Below are positions 36,590-49,355 of a stretch of DNA of 64,000 nucleotides, in pieces. The notes below the pieces were generated by a model. It saw nothing but the letters and a program-made list of their open reading frames with translations. It had not been told where the DNA came from and did not search any database. How positions within the stretch are numbered: the first letter of the stretch is position 1; every line of letters begins with the position of its first letter. The translations under genes were made by a program, and so were the position numbers. The stretch comes from Lama guanicoe (Eukaryota), in NCBI GenBank assembly GCA_013239625.1, contig MU053881.1, positions 4,547,957-4,611,956 on the forward strand. Direction: 5' to 3'.

Positions 36590-36980
36590 TTCTAGGCTCT
36601 GGAAAAAATACAAATGGTCAGGATAAATGGATCCTGTCCTCGAAGAAATCTGACTCTGGTGGGTAATGTAAATATGTCTATAATGAATCATAGCATCCTG
36701 TGCTAAGTGCCTAGCCTGGTACCAAGGGTGGAAGAAGGATGGGAAAGATGTCAGAGTACTAAGATGACCTAGTAGAAAGAGCAGTGCATCCTGTGTGGGT
36801 GGAGTGGCAAGGGGACAATTAGAAGGACCAGACAGAAAAGGTCACCAAGTAGGACGTTGAGAGATAAGTCAAAGTGGGGAGGGGAAGAGGAGATGATGGG
36901 AACTTTGGAGCCAAGGAGATGGATTAACCAAGGCACAGAATGTTCAGGAAATTATGAGTAATTTGACAAGGCTGAATAGG
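36590..36980 (-). mobile_element. LINE-2 remnant
   Basis: CCTGTCCTCGAAGAAATCTGACTCTGGTGGG...TGTGCTAAGTGC...AAGGCACAGA. Confidence 0.45.
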
Positions 36981-37206
36981 AACCCAGCAGTGGGTGTCCC
37001 TGGCCCTCTTGTCTGTGACACAGCCAGAATTCCTGATCCAGATTTTCTGACAGCACCCTGCTGCTCTCCAAAGGTTCAACCACAAGGGTTCAGGCAAGTT
37101 CTAACCACACAGAGCAGAGACAACACGGTCAGAGAGTAAAATCCAGCCCTGAATTTACCTCCCAGTTTTCCTTATCTGAGTTTCCAAAGTTTACCTGGAG
37201 CCCTAC

Positions 37207-37812
37207 TTATCAATTAGGAGTACTTTTGGCTGCAAGTAACAGAAAATTCAACTAAAGCAACTTAAATAATTTTCTTTCCCTGTGGGATGGAAGGGTCAGG
37301 GTGGATGGGATGCTGGTATCTGGGGGTTTCCCCTACCCCATGGTGCCCTCTTTCAGATATCTGCTCCAGAGCGGTTCGGTCATCTGGCCGACCCAACTCC
37401 CACCATAGCCCTCCCCCCAACCAGGAGGGAGTTTGGTTTTCTCAAATGATACAGCGGGAGGTAGGATGTGCTGGCTATAATTTACTGGCTCAATGGTGTC
37501 AGGACCACCGTCTCTGTAATTTTCTTCACCTTTCCATCTTGTTTTCAAAATATCAGCTATGCTGTACCTGTCATGTCTGTGCTTAAGGGAGAAATAAGGG
37601 AAAAGGGAGACAGTGAGCATACAGCTTCTGAAGAGCTCTCAAGTCTCTCCCACGTGCACGTTTCATTGTCAAGAACATGCCACACAATTTCCCCTGGATA
37701 CAAGGATGTCTGAGAAAGTGGGTATGTCACTGGGAATTGCTGCTCCAAACAAAATCAGAGTGCTGTCAGCAAGGCCAGGGGGACGTGGATACTGTGTCGG
37801 TCATAACCAGTG
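37207..37812 (-). mobile_element. Old MaLR MLT1 (J/K-like) LTR
   Basis: TTTTGGCTGCAAGTAACAGAAA...CATTGTCAAGAAC...GTCTGAGAAAGTG...AACAAAATCAGAGTGCTGT. Confidence 0.7.
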
Positions 37813-38439
37813 TCTGCCACCCACGAGCAATATACTTCTGCTGCCTTCTTGGGTGGAATTCTTGGTGTGGGTCCCACAGCAGAGTTCAGCTCCCATAAAA
37901 TGATTGCTTCTTGGACATTTCTGCAAACCACTCACTCTCCCGTAAGGTTAATGCAAAAAGAATTTTACTGTTTATATGATTCACATGGACTCTGGGAATT
38001 TGAGGGTTTCTTTAAAAGACCTCAGGAAAAAAGGCACGACTAATGATGCACCTTAAACATAACACGCCGCAAACTCTGAGCGGGGTACTTGGAGTACAGG
38101 ACAGCCTGTGCTCTCGGGGGGGCGATGCTCTGCCTTTCTCAGCAGAAGCCAGACATCAGCAGCGTCTTTAGAATCTCATATTTCCCTTGGGGTGGGGCTG
38201 AGACTTCTCGCTTCACTTGAGAAAAGGTTAGAGATATTTAAAAGGAAGGTTCAAAATAGATACACAGAGAACGAAGGACAGAAAGGCTGGGGAGGTCTGC
38301 TGGGTGTAAAATTACAGTTGTGTCTTTCTTTGATTTTTGTCTTTCTGTTTCCTAAAATACTTTCATCATGAAGGCTTGGCTCCCTATTCTTATCCTGACC
38401 TTCATCTGAAGTCTGTACAGTAGGATACTGGTGGCTACT

Positions 38440-38620
38440 CGCCACTGAATGCTGATTATATTCCAGACCCAATGCTAAGTGCTTTATATGCTCCATCTTA
38501 CCCTACTTCACAACAGCCCTGAAGAGTAAGAACAATTAGCATCCCATTTTGCAGATGCGGAAACTGAGGCTCAGAGCGGCAAATTAATGTACCCAGGGAT
38601 CAGGTGCCAAGCTCCCAACC
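38440..38620 (-). mobile_element. MIR SINE
   Basis: GCTAAGTGCTTTATATG...ATCCCATTTTGCAGATGCGGAAACTGAGGCTCAGAG. Confidence 0.85.
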
Positions 38621-38924
38621 ATTGCACCCTTCCGGCATACCATTCCTGCAGGCTATTGTTCAAGCCTAAGAAAACTAAAACGGTTCTTTAACTCAGAGCA
38701 GTGTTGAAGACCTGAGTGGCGGCCCACGTCTCGGGGCAGCCAGGCAGTCACTGGAGGCTGAGGCCCCTGGGGCGCCCTGCCCGCTCGGACCCACCGTGCC
38801 CGGTGCCGCAATCTGCTTATCTGTCTTTCTGACGCCAGAGGTGGTGGTAAGGGGACCAAAGCAAACGGAGCTGTGGCTCAAGCCAGGCCTGGAGTAACAT
38901 CTGATTTGAGCAGCATTTTATGGC

Positions 38925-39375
38925 AACAAACTGGACAACCTAGAAGAAACGGACTAGTTTCTAGAAACATACAGTCCACAAAACTGAATAAGAAGAAACA
39001 GATCACTTGAATAAACCAATCACTAGAAGTGAAACGGAACCAACAATAAAAACAAAAACCAAAGAACAAAAACCTCCCTGCAAACAAAAGCCCAGGGCCA
39101 GATGGGAAGAAATTCCCACCTTCACTGGGATGTTCTACCAAACATACAGAGAAGAACCGATCCTTCTCAAACTCTTCCAAAAGACTGAAGAGAGGGGAGT
39201 ACTCCCAAACTCATTCTATGAAGCCACCACCACCTTGATATCAAAATCAGACAAAGACACTATATAACAAAGCAAATTACAGGCCAATATCGTTGATGAA
39301 TCGAGATGCAAAAATCCTCAACAAAATGTTAGCAAACAGAATCCAATAACACATACAAAAGATCACACACTATGA
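38925..39375 (+). mobile_element. LINE-1 ORF2 internal fragment (pseudogenised)
   Basis: ORF 39007-39267 carries L1 ORF2 motifs FTGMFYQTYREE, PILLKLFQK, GVLPNSFYEA; then AATTACAGGCCAATATC...GATGCAAAAATCCTCAACAAA. Confidence 0.9.
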
Positions 39376-39459
39376 TTTGAGTAGCATTCGATCCTCACAA
39401 GAGTTCAAAAGAAAATCTGGTGGGCAGTCGATGGTAGGGGTCTGCCCGACAGTCCGGCA

Positions 39460-39770
39460 GGTTTGAATCCTGCCAGCTGTGTGACCTCAGGCAAGCTCCC
39501 TAACCTCTCTGAGCCTTGTTACCTCTTCTGGAAGATGGTGACAATCACGGGAATCTTGCAAATACTAAATTAACTAATCCACGGGACTAATTTAGCATCA
39601 TGCCTTGTGCAATTAAGCTCTCGATCCATAGCAGTGACTCTGATTGTTACTCTATCAGCCCTATTTTGAGGGTGAAGAGAAGAGACCAAGGTGGCCTGCC
39701 CAGGTCACATAACTAGAAAGTGACAGAGCCGGAATCGGAACCCAGATCTGAGCTGGCTCTATTTGTGAGC
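39460..39770. mobile_element. Two MIR remnants (+ then -)
   Basis: GCTGTGTGACCTCAGGCAAG...AACCTCTCTGAGCCT and GCCCAGGTCACATAACTAGAAAGTGACAGAGCCGGAATCGGAACCCAG. Confidence 0.8.
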
Positions 39771-41194
39771 CATGATGCATCTCGACATGACCACGAAGCA
39801 TCTCTATCGGAGCTGTAACATCAGAGGGAAGCAGCGTGTGCTGCCAGGGGAGGTTAGCTCTTCCCTTTGAAGGCCAAGACCTCGAGGAATGGGGCGTGGG
39901 CACGGCCAGACCTTGGGCAAAGGTGATTCTTAACAGATTCCTTTCTTGCTGTCAGCCACAAGCACATGGGAAGCCTGCACTGAAGGGGCTGCAGAGGGGA
40001 AAGCCATCACCTCACATCCTCCCGAGATGGCACCGGGCCCCCTGCAACACCTCCTGGAGGTGTCAGCACATCATAAAGCATTTCTGCTTGGCCCCGGGCA
40101 GCTGCTCCTAATCTTGTCCAAGGTTCAGAAACAACAAGACACGTGGGCCTGCCACTGACGATTCCTGTTCAAGTCTATGGAATTTTGGCCTCCGAGGCCT
40201 CCATCGGAAAACATTCAGAGACATTCTCCGAGGCCAGCCTGAAAAACGTGCTTCCAGGAGACCCCTCCCGAGGGCTCCTCCTTCTTCAAATTGGCCAAGG
40301 GTTTGGGGTTTTATTTTTTGTTTACTGCTTTGGGCACCAGAAAAGTACAGCATGTCTTGTACGTAAGTGCAGACGGTAGGTGCGAGGTGGCCAAGAGGGT
40401 TTGCTTGTGAAGTTTTCATTCGAATAGATGAAATAGATGACCCGGGCACTGCCTTTGGAGGTGGCTGCCAGCGTCCGCTGGGCAAGGGGCGTGGGGGCCG
40501 GACACGGCCGGCGGGGCTCTGTGGGAGCTGCACAGCCACACCGCAGCAGAGGGACGGCGTGTGTTCCGCCAGGCTCTGCGGCACGTTCCCTAAGTCCCCG
40601 TCTGTGTGCACAAAGAGGAGAATTCTCTGCCACTGGGGCTGTCTGAGGTGCCCTCTTCCTGGAAACCAGATAACCTAGAAGTGCCATCAGGGCCCAAGGG
40701 GGCAGCCTGGACCCACCAAGGACGTGCAACGGGCTGTGCCAGACAGAGCAGCAGGCGTGGAAAAGACCCACGTCCACATCCTGGTTTTCTCACTCAGCTC
40801 CTCTGTGGCCTCAGCCAAGTCCCCTGTCCCCATCTGGAGAACGTGGTTTGTAACGCCCTCCCATCTCACGGGGTTGGTCAGATGAGAAGACGTGTGTGCA
40901 GGCTCTTATCTGTAAGGTGCCCAGCACACAGCAGGTGCCCACTGGGAGCTCTTGGATGAAAGTGTGAATTTGGTGCACTTATAAGGGGAAACTGGTTCTA
41001 AGAGGACACTTAGCATGTTCGTGTTTAAAGGTTGGTCCCATTTAAAGCACTGGGTAGGCAACCTCTATGGTTTCCTGAGCAAGGAGAGGAAGCCAGGATA
41101 TACTGTAAAGTCAACACCACGACAATAGTGCCCTGCTGTTTAAAACCCTTCAGCGAGTCCCCACTGCACTGACAAATCCTGGCCATGACTTCAA

Positions 41195-41292
41195 AATACG
41201 GCTACAGATTTCTGGGTTTCTGAGGTGAAACCCAGAAATCTGTTGTTAACAAGCCTCCAGATGATTCTCATGCACGTTGGAAAATCACTTCT
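41195..41292. mobile_element. MER5-like MITE remnant with internal deletion
   Basis: CCCAGAAATCTG..GTTAACAAGCCTCCAGATGATTCTCATGCAC.TTGGAAAATCACT matches the MER5A right half. Confidence 0.7.
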
Positions 41293-41578
41293 CCAGGTCC
41301 CCGTGACAGCCCCTCACAGCCAGTTTAACAAGTATCTATGTGGAGTGGGTTTGTAAGGCTGCAGCAGTCTTCGTGGCGGCTTCATTGGCTGCAGGCGCCC
41401 CCTGAGAGGTTCTTCGTTCAAGACAGACCTGCTGAGAAGTTGCAGCTCAAATTGGTAGATGATCAGGAACTTCCACCAAGTCTGGATAAGGGAAGTGACG
41501 TCACTGAGGTCTCGCTGCAGAAAGAGAATTCTGCTGCCATCAATAGGATGGATTTTTAAGGATGGAGGCAGACCAATG

Positions 41579-41950
41579 GTGTACCAGTCTGGGTACCCTG
41601 GGCAATACTTGGAATGCTCTCAGCTGCAAGTAACGGATTATCAAATGAAAGGCAGCTGAAACTACAAGCCCTTACTATGCCACTTTGCAAGAAGCCCAGA
41701 GGAAGGCAGAGATGGTCACCGAGGTGTCAGCTCTTCCCATCTGGTGCTGAGTTGCAACCTTCTTGGTTGCAAGATGACTGCTGCAGCCTCAGATGCCACA
41801 GACCCACTGGATAGCATCCTAAGCATGAAGGAAACAAGAGGGAAAGTCAGGCCTTAACTATCTTTTTATTAAGGATGAAAAATGTTCTCGGAAGTCTCCT
41901 CGCCGACTTCCCTTTGTATCTCCTTGCTCAGACTCAGGAGTACGTATCGC
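41579..41950 (-). mobile_element. Old MaLR MLT1 LTR
   Basis: TGTACCAGTC...CTCAGCTGCAAGTAAC...GGTTGCAAGATGACTGCTGCAGC...GACTTCCCTTTGTATCTC. Confidence 0.65.
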
Positions 41951-41974
41951 TTCCAAAAGTTAAAGATTGAGGGA

Positions 41975-43425
41975 ATGCTTCAGAACTCATCATAGGAGGC
42001 CGGCATTACCCTGACACCAAAACCAGACTGAGACATTGTAAGAAAAGAAAACTAGACACCAATGTCTCTCATGAGTATAGATAAAATAGCCCTCAGGAAA
42101 ATATTAGCAAACTGAACCTAGCACCGTAGAGAAACAGAATCGATGTAATTCATTACAGTAGCAAAATAAAAATGAGACTCCCTATGATCATCTCAACAAA
42201 TGCAGAAACAGCATTTGGGAAAAACCCAACCAATGTCTATTCCTGACAGACTCTCGGAAAGCAAAGAATAGGAGAGATCTTTCTCAACATGATAATGGGC
42301 ATCTGTCAAAAGCCCTACTTTTAATGTTGAACTTGGTGGTGAAAGACTGAATGAATTCCCCTCAAGGTCAGGAACAAATCAAGAATATTCACTCTCATGG
42401 TTTCTATTTAGTTTTGTACTAGGGATTCTATCCAGTACAATAAGGCAAGAAAAAGAAATAAAAGGCAGCCTTTCAGCAAGAAAGACATAAAACTGTCTTT
42501 ATTTGCAGGTAAGATCCCCTATCCAGAGAAGCTGATGGGACCCACCAAAGAAAAGGTCCTAGAACTTATAACTGAGTTTAGCCAAGATGCAGGATATATG
42601 ATCAATATACCAAAATTAATTGCAGTTTGATATACTAGCAGTGAACCATGAGAAATTGAAAATTTTTAATATACTTATAATACCATAAAAATATTAAATG
42701 TTTGGAGCTAAATCTGACAAAAGGTATGCAAGTGTTGCATATTAAAAATTAAATATCACTAGTGAGAGAAATATAAACGTGTCTGAGTCAGAAGATTCAC
42801 TATTGTTAAGATGTCTATTTTTCCCTTAAATTGTTTTATAGATTCATTGTCATCCCGAGCGAAATCCCAGCCATCATTCTTGTAGGTCAGTAAGCTGATT
42901 TTAAAATTAGCATTTAATTGTGAATGATTTAGAACAGCCAGAACCACTTTCATAAAGGAGAGCAAATCCGGAGGGCTAACACTACTGGATTTCAGAACTC
43001 AGAGAGCTAGAGTCAGCCAGGCAGTGTGGGATGGCCGTTAAGACTGACAGACACATCATGGATCAGAATCCGGAAAAGATTCATACGTATAAGGTCTTCT
43101 CAAAGGAGGTGCAAAAACGATTGCAATGTCTAAGTCTTTGCGACCTTGGGTTAGGCGAAAACTTCTTAGATACACAACAGAAGCACAATCCATAAATGAA
43201 AGATAAATTGATAAGTTAGGCTTGTTTTAATTTGAAACTTTTGCTCTTCAAAAGAAACTGTTGAGAGAATGAGAAGATAAGCCACAGGCTGGGAGAAAAA
43301 CCACTGCAGGTCACACATCTCATCTTATACCCAGAACACATAAAGAAAGTCCAAAACTCAACAACAAGAAAACAAAAATTCCAAAAACAAACAACCTATG
43401 GAAAAATTGGCAAAATATTTGAACC
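41975..43425 (+). mobile_element. Old LINE-1 ORF2 remnant with internal deletions
   Basis: CATTACCCTGACACCAAAACCAGAC, TGATCATCTCAACAAATGCAGAA, AATAAGGCAAGAAAAAGAAATAAAAGGCA, GTTAAGATGTCTATT. Confidence 0.9.
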
Positions 43426-43919
43426 CTGATCCTTCTCTCTGAGCACTAGGACGACCAGCATTCTTTGTATCTGGGTAGCACTGACCTAGCAATGAAGAAA
43501 TTAATTCTTAATTTATGAGTTTTAAAGGGAATTCAGAGTCCTTTTCTTTTCCACCCATGGCAAACTTTGAAGAAACCACATACATCAAAAGGCCTTTTTC
43601 CCCCCTCTTTTTGGGGGGGACAGCTGATCTGTGTGGAAACTGGAGCAAAGGAGACTTCAGAGTCTGGCTGACCCCTGCTTTCCATTTTTTGTCATCACTG
43701 GCTGTCAGTATGGAATCCGCCAGGGCTGAGATATGTGTTGCTGTGGAAGGAGCCCGGAACTGAGCAGAAAGAGACTTGTTCGAGTTCCAGCGAAGCCACT
43801 TCACAGCTCTGTGGTTTCCATAAATCACCTCAAGGCTCTGAGCTTCAAGCTTCCTCTTTGGTAAGCAGATAACAATATCTACCCTGTCAGCTTCAGAGGA
43901 CTGTTATAAAACTATACTT

Positions 43920-45200
43920 CACTCATTCATTCATTCATTCAGTCAGTCATTCAATCAGTAACTATTCATTGGTGGCCCACTATATACCAGACATTGGCCA
44001 AGGTCCTAAAGATACATCAGTGAATAAAACAAAGTTCCTGTGTCTCAGAGCTTATGGTGGGGGAGAACAGATTGTAAATAAATCAAAAAATGAATATATA
44101 ATACATCATGTGGTAATTAGGGCTATGGAGAAAAATGGCACAGGGTAAAGGAAAAGAGGGCTTCTTTGATATTTTATGTAAGATAGTCCATGAAGGAATA
44201 TTGGAACAGAGACATGAAGGAAGTGAATGAGTGAGCCATGCAAAGATATGAGGGAAGAAGAAGTTGGGCAGCACATGCAAAGGCCCTGAGGTGATGGCAT
44301 GCTTGATAATTATGAGGAATAGCAGGGAGGTCTGTTTGGCTGAAGTAGAGTGAATAAGAGATGGATGGTAGATGGTGAGGTCAGAAAGGTAACGGGGAGC
44401 TAAATCAATCAGAGCTCTGGGCCATGGTAAAGATTTTGCTTTTTACTCTGATTAAAATAGAAAGCCATTTTTGAGCACAGAAGTGGTATGATGTAATGTA
44501 TGCTTTGTAAAGATCATTCCAGCAGCTATGTGAACAGGCTTCATGGGGGCTGGATTGGAAGCAAGGAGACCAGGTAAGAAGCTATTGCAATAAAGCAGGT
44601 GAGAACCGTCAGAGGCTTGGACCAAGGTGATAGCAGAGGAGGTGGGGAAAATGGTCAGATTGTGGGTGTATTTTGAAGGTAGTATCAACAAGCCTTCCTG
44701 ATGGATTGGATGTCAACTGTAAGAGAAAAGAGACGAGTCAAGAATGATTTCCCCAGTTTGGCACCTAAGAAATGAGAAAATGAAATTGCTACTTACTGAG
44801 ATGAGGAAGACTGCAGAAAGAACAACAGGGAAGATCTCACTGTACTAGGACCTCAGTTTTGGAAACACTAGTTATGAGAGGCCTGTTGGACATCCCAATG
44901 GTGATGTATGGCATGGGATGTATGAATTTGCAGTTCAGGGTGGAGCTATAAATTTGGGGGTTGGCAGCCTATAGAAAGCCTTGAGAATAAATAAGATCAC
45001 CTAAGGAATGTGTAGAGAGGAAATGATTCTGAGGACTGAGCAAGAGGAAACGCCAATATTCAGAAGTCTTGGAAGACAGAGAGGCATGGCCAAGAAAAAC
45101 AAAAGCAAGAAGCAGATAATGAGGTAGGAAGAGGAGTGAGAGAGAAGTGAAGAAAGGGGGTCAGCTGAAAGGGAGGCTAACTATCATTTCTACTAACTAT
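43920..45200 (-). mobile_element. LINE-2 (L2a-like) 3' portion
   Basis: (CATT)n tail at 43924; GTAAAGATCATTCCAGCAGCT, GAAGCAAGGAGACCAGG, GGCTTGGACCAAGGTG, GAGTCAAGAATGA. Confidence 0.9.
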
Positions 45201-46350
45201 CTGGCAGCTTGGCTGAGTATCATGATGGTAGATATAAACCCCAATACATCAGTAATTACATTAAATGTAAATGGATTAGAAAACTAAGTTAAAAAACAAA
45301 TTTCAGTTATATGCTGCATTCTAGAGATACACCTTAAATATAGGACATAGACTAATTAAAAATTAAAGCTCCTAAAAGATACCATGCAAGAACTATCCAA
45401 AAGAAAGCTCGTATGGCTATAGTGACCACAAAATAGACTCAAGGCAAGTAGCGTCATTGGGATACAGGTAAAATTTTCATAATGATTGAAAGAATTAATT
45501 CTCCAAGAAAACATTACATTTCTCAATTTCTATGTACATTAAAGACATACTTCAAAATATATAGAACAAAAATTGACAGGATTATCAGGAAATACAGGCA
45601 AATCCATACTCATAATGGGAAACTCTTAACACCCTTCTCTTAACAAAAGATACAATAAGCAAGGTTAAAAAATCAGCAAGGACATAGGAAATCTAAATAA
45701 TGCAATCAACAAACTTGATACGTTGGCATGTGCAGAACATTGTGCTCAAAAGAATGTCCATTCTTTTCAAGTGCACATGGAACATTTATGCTGGCCATAA
45801 AAGATGTTTCAACAAGTTTCAAAGGATTGAAATCACTCAGAATATGTTCTCTGACCACAGAAAATTAAGCTGGAAATCAATAAAAAAAAAAAGTAGAAAT
45901 TCCCCAAATGCTTGGAAATTTAGCAGTATACTCTAAAATAGGTCACAGAAAAAAATTTCAATGGCAATTGCAAAATATCTTTAACTAAATGATAATAAAA
46001 ATACATCAACATGTGATGGATGTGACTAAACCTCTGCTATAAGAAAAATTATAGCCTTAAATGCATATATTTATCAAGAAGGAAGGCTGAAAATCAAAAA
46101 TCTAGTCATCTATCTCAAAAAACAGAACAGAAAGTCGTATCTAAAGAAGGAAGAAGGAAGGAACTAATGAAAACTAAGAGCAGAAACTGTTGAAGTATAA
46201 AACAGATATTCAGAAGGGAAAATCAACATGCCCCAAAGTTGGCACTTATGTAATAGAATAATAAAAATATATGTATTAGGTTTCTGGGAAGTCTGATAAG
46301 AAAGAAATAGAGAAGGCACACACTGCCCACTTGAATGAAAAAGGGAGCCT

Positions 46351-46520
46351 TGGCGGAGGGTACAGCTCAGTGGTGGAGTGCTGTGCTTAGCCTGCATGAG
46401 AGCATGGGTTCAGTCCCCAGTACCTCCATTAAAAATAAATTAATTAATAAGCCTACTTACCTCCCCTTCCAAAAAAATATATAAGTAAATAAATAAAAAG
46501 AACTGCCACTTTAAAAAAAA
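46351..46520 (+). mobile_element. Camelid tRNA-derived SINE (Vic-1 type)
   Basis: GGAGGGTACAGCTCAGTGGTGGAG...GGGTTCAGTCCCCAGTACCTCC plus A-rich tail. Confidence 0.9.
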
Positions 46521-47453
46521 GAAAGAGGGCGAGAGAGCAGTCCACAGCCCATAGATATTTAAAAGATAATGACAATATATTAGGAGGAATTCAATATTAC
46601 TAATTTTCAAATTTTAGCTAAAATGCAAAATCCTTAGAAAAATGAAACTAACAAAAAACTGACACAAGATGAAATAAAAACCTTGGAACCGTTCTACACC
46701 TATTAAAGGTATGAAGCTGTGATCAATGGTATCTATACAAATGAATCTCTAAGCATGGATGCCTTTCCTCCAAGTAAATTTCTTTAAATATTTATAGATG
46801 AAATGGAACCAGTCTTACATAAACAGTTGAATAGACTGAAGAAAAGAAAATATTTCCTAACTTGTTTAATGAGGCCATTGTAATCTCGACACCAAAAACT
46901 TACTGGATGTGGGGGAAAAGTATGGGTCAATGAGTTTTATGAACAGAGATACAAAAATACTAAACCAGCAAATCGGTTTCAGCAAAAGCTGAAAATGATA
47001 ATAAATCATGATCATGTTGGATTTGTTTCATGAATAAAAGGATGGTTTCATATTCAAAATAAATTATTGTAATTCACCATATTAACTGAATAAAAGAAAA
47101 CAATATGATCATCTCAGTAGATGTATAAATAGCTTTTGATGAGTTTCAACACCTGTTCATGACTCCAAAAATAATCTTCCTTGCACAGGAATAGAAGGAA
47201 TAGAAGTTAAAAATCTTTAACCCATAAAGAGTGTCTACAAAAAAACCTACAGCAAGTATCATTCTTAAAGACCCTACTGAACACGTTCTGCCCAAGAATG
47301 AAAATGAGCAAAGATGCCTGTTTTTTTCACCACTGCTATTAAATATTGGATTGGAAGTTCTGCTCAGCGCAAAAGGGCAAGAAAAAGGAAAAGTATACAA
47401 TTTGGAAGAAAAATGTTAAACTGTCATCATTTGCAAAAAAAAAATGACTTTGT

Positions 47454-48069
47454 CGGTTTTTATGGCTGAATAGAATTCCATTGTATAAATATATCACATC
47501 TTCTTTATCCAGTCACCTGTTGATGGACATTTAGGCTGTTTCCATGTTTTGGCTATTGTAAATAGTGCTGCTATGAACATTGGGGTGCAGGTGTCATCCT
47601 GAAGTAGATTTCCTTCTGGATACAAGCCCAGGAGTGGGATTCCTGGGTCATATGGTAAGTCTATTCCTAGTCTTTTGAGGAATCTCCACACTGTTTTCCA
47701 TAGTGGCTGCACCAAACTGCATTCCCACCAGCAGTCAGGAGGGTTCCCCTTTCTCCATAGCCTCTCCAGCATTTGTCATTTGTGGATCTTTGAATGACGG
47801 ACATTGTGACTGGTGTGAGGTGATACCTCATTGTAGTTTTGATTTGCATTTCTCTGATAATTAGTGATATTGAACATTTTTTCATGTGCTTTTTGATCAT
47901 TTGTGTGTCTTCTTTGGAGAATTGCTTGTTTAGGTCTTCTGCCCATTTTTGGATTGGGTTGTTTATTTTTTTCTTATTGAGTCGTATGAGCTGCTTATAT
48001 ATTCTGGAGATCAAGCCTTTGAAATTTGACACAACATTGTAAAATGATTATAAATCAATAAAAAATGTT
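47454..48069. mobile_element. Young camelid L1 insertion with 5' inversion (47454-48020 antisense ORF2 C-terminus; 48021-48069 sense 3' tail)
   Basis: Minus-strand ORFs encode L1 ORF2 C-terminal motifs ([61 protein letters not shown]); TSD AAAAAAATGACTTTGT at 47438-47453 and 48070-48085. Confidence 0.93.
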
Positions 48070-48589
48070 AAAAAAATGACTTTGTAGATTGTAAATACAA
48101 AAGGATTTACAGATAAACTAATAACATTAATAAATGAACTTAGAAAGGCCAACATTAATAGGTGAATTTAACAAGGTGCCTGATTAGAAAGACAATTGTA
48201 CGTAAAAATCAATTTTATTTCTATATAACCACCAAAGGCATATGGCAAATAAAACTTCAATATTAAATAAAAACATCAATATTAATGAGACAAATTAAGG
48301 AAGACTAAATAAATACAGGGACATACCATATTCATGGCTTAGAAGACTCAGTATTGTAAAGATCTCAATTTAACCTCAAATTTAAATACAGATCCAATGC
48401 AATTAAAAATCAAGTTCCTGAAAAGGTTTTTTTGGTTTGGGGGGGGTTGTGTGTGTGTGTGTGTGTGTAACTTGATGAGTTAATTGTTAAACTTATGTGG
48501 AAAAGTAGAGGGCAAAAAAGCCAAGACCATCTTGAGAAAAAAGAACAAAGTTGGAGGTCTTCAACTATCAAATAACAAGACAGAATGTT

Positions 48590-49355
48590 GGCTACTATCA
48601 AAAAGACAAGAGATAGCAGGTGTTGGCAAGGATGTGAACGAAAAGGAACCCTTGTGCACCGCTGATGGGAATGTAAGTAGGTGCAGTCACCATAGAAAAC
48701 AGTATGAGGTTCCTCAAAAAATTAAAAATGGAACTGCTATCTGATCCAGCAATTCCAATTCTGGGTATTTATCTGAAAGAAATGACAGCACTAAGTCAAA
48801 AAGGTATCTGCCTTTCCCCCACGTTCACTGTAGCATTACTTACAACAGTCAGGACACAGACACAAGTCCGCCTATGAACGACTCAATAAAGAAAATGCAA
48901 TATATATACACACACATGTATAAAACATATGTATCTGTATATTTAATGTATGTATACACAAGTAACATATACACACAATATGGAATACTATTCAGCCATA
49001 AAAAGAAGGAATTCCCGTTGTTTGTGATAACATGGATGGACCTTGAGGGCATTATACTAACTGAGATACAACAGTCAAATGCAGACAAATACTATATGAT
49101 CTCACGTATATGTGGAATCTGGAGGAAAAAAAAAACCCTGAACTCACAGATATAGAGAACAGACTGGTGATTGCCAGAGGTCGGTGATGGTCAGGAGGGG
49201 AGGTAAAATGGGTGAGGGTAGACAAAAAGTACAAACTTCCAGCTATAAAATAAGTAAGTCCTGAGGCTGTAATGTACAGCGTGGTGACTACAGATAATAA
49301 TGTATCTTTGAAAGCTGCTAAAAGAGCAAATCTTAAAAGTTCTCATCACAATAGT
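48590..49355 (+). mobile_element. L1MA-like 3' fragment nested in older L1
   Basis: GGTGTTGGCAAGGATGTG...CCAGCAATTCCAATTCTGGG...ACATGGATGGACCTTGAGGGCATT...TCTTAAAAGTTCTCATCAC; TSD AGACAG(A/C)ATGTT at 48578-48589 and 49361-49372. Confidence 0.9.

Noticed and set aside
47494..48032. L1 ORF2-like reading frames as a functional CDS
   Set aside because: Frameshifted, truncated and inverted fragment without a promoter; counted as a mobile element
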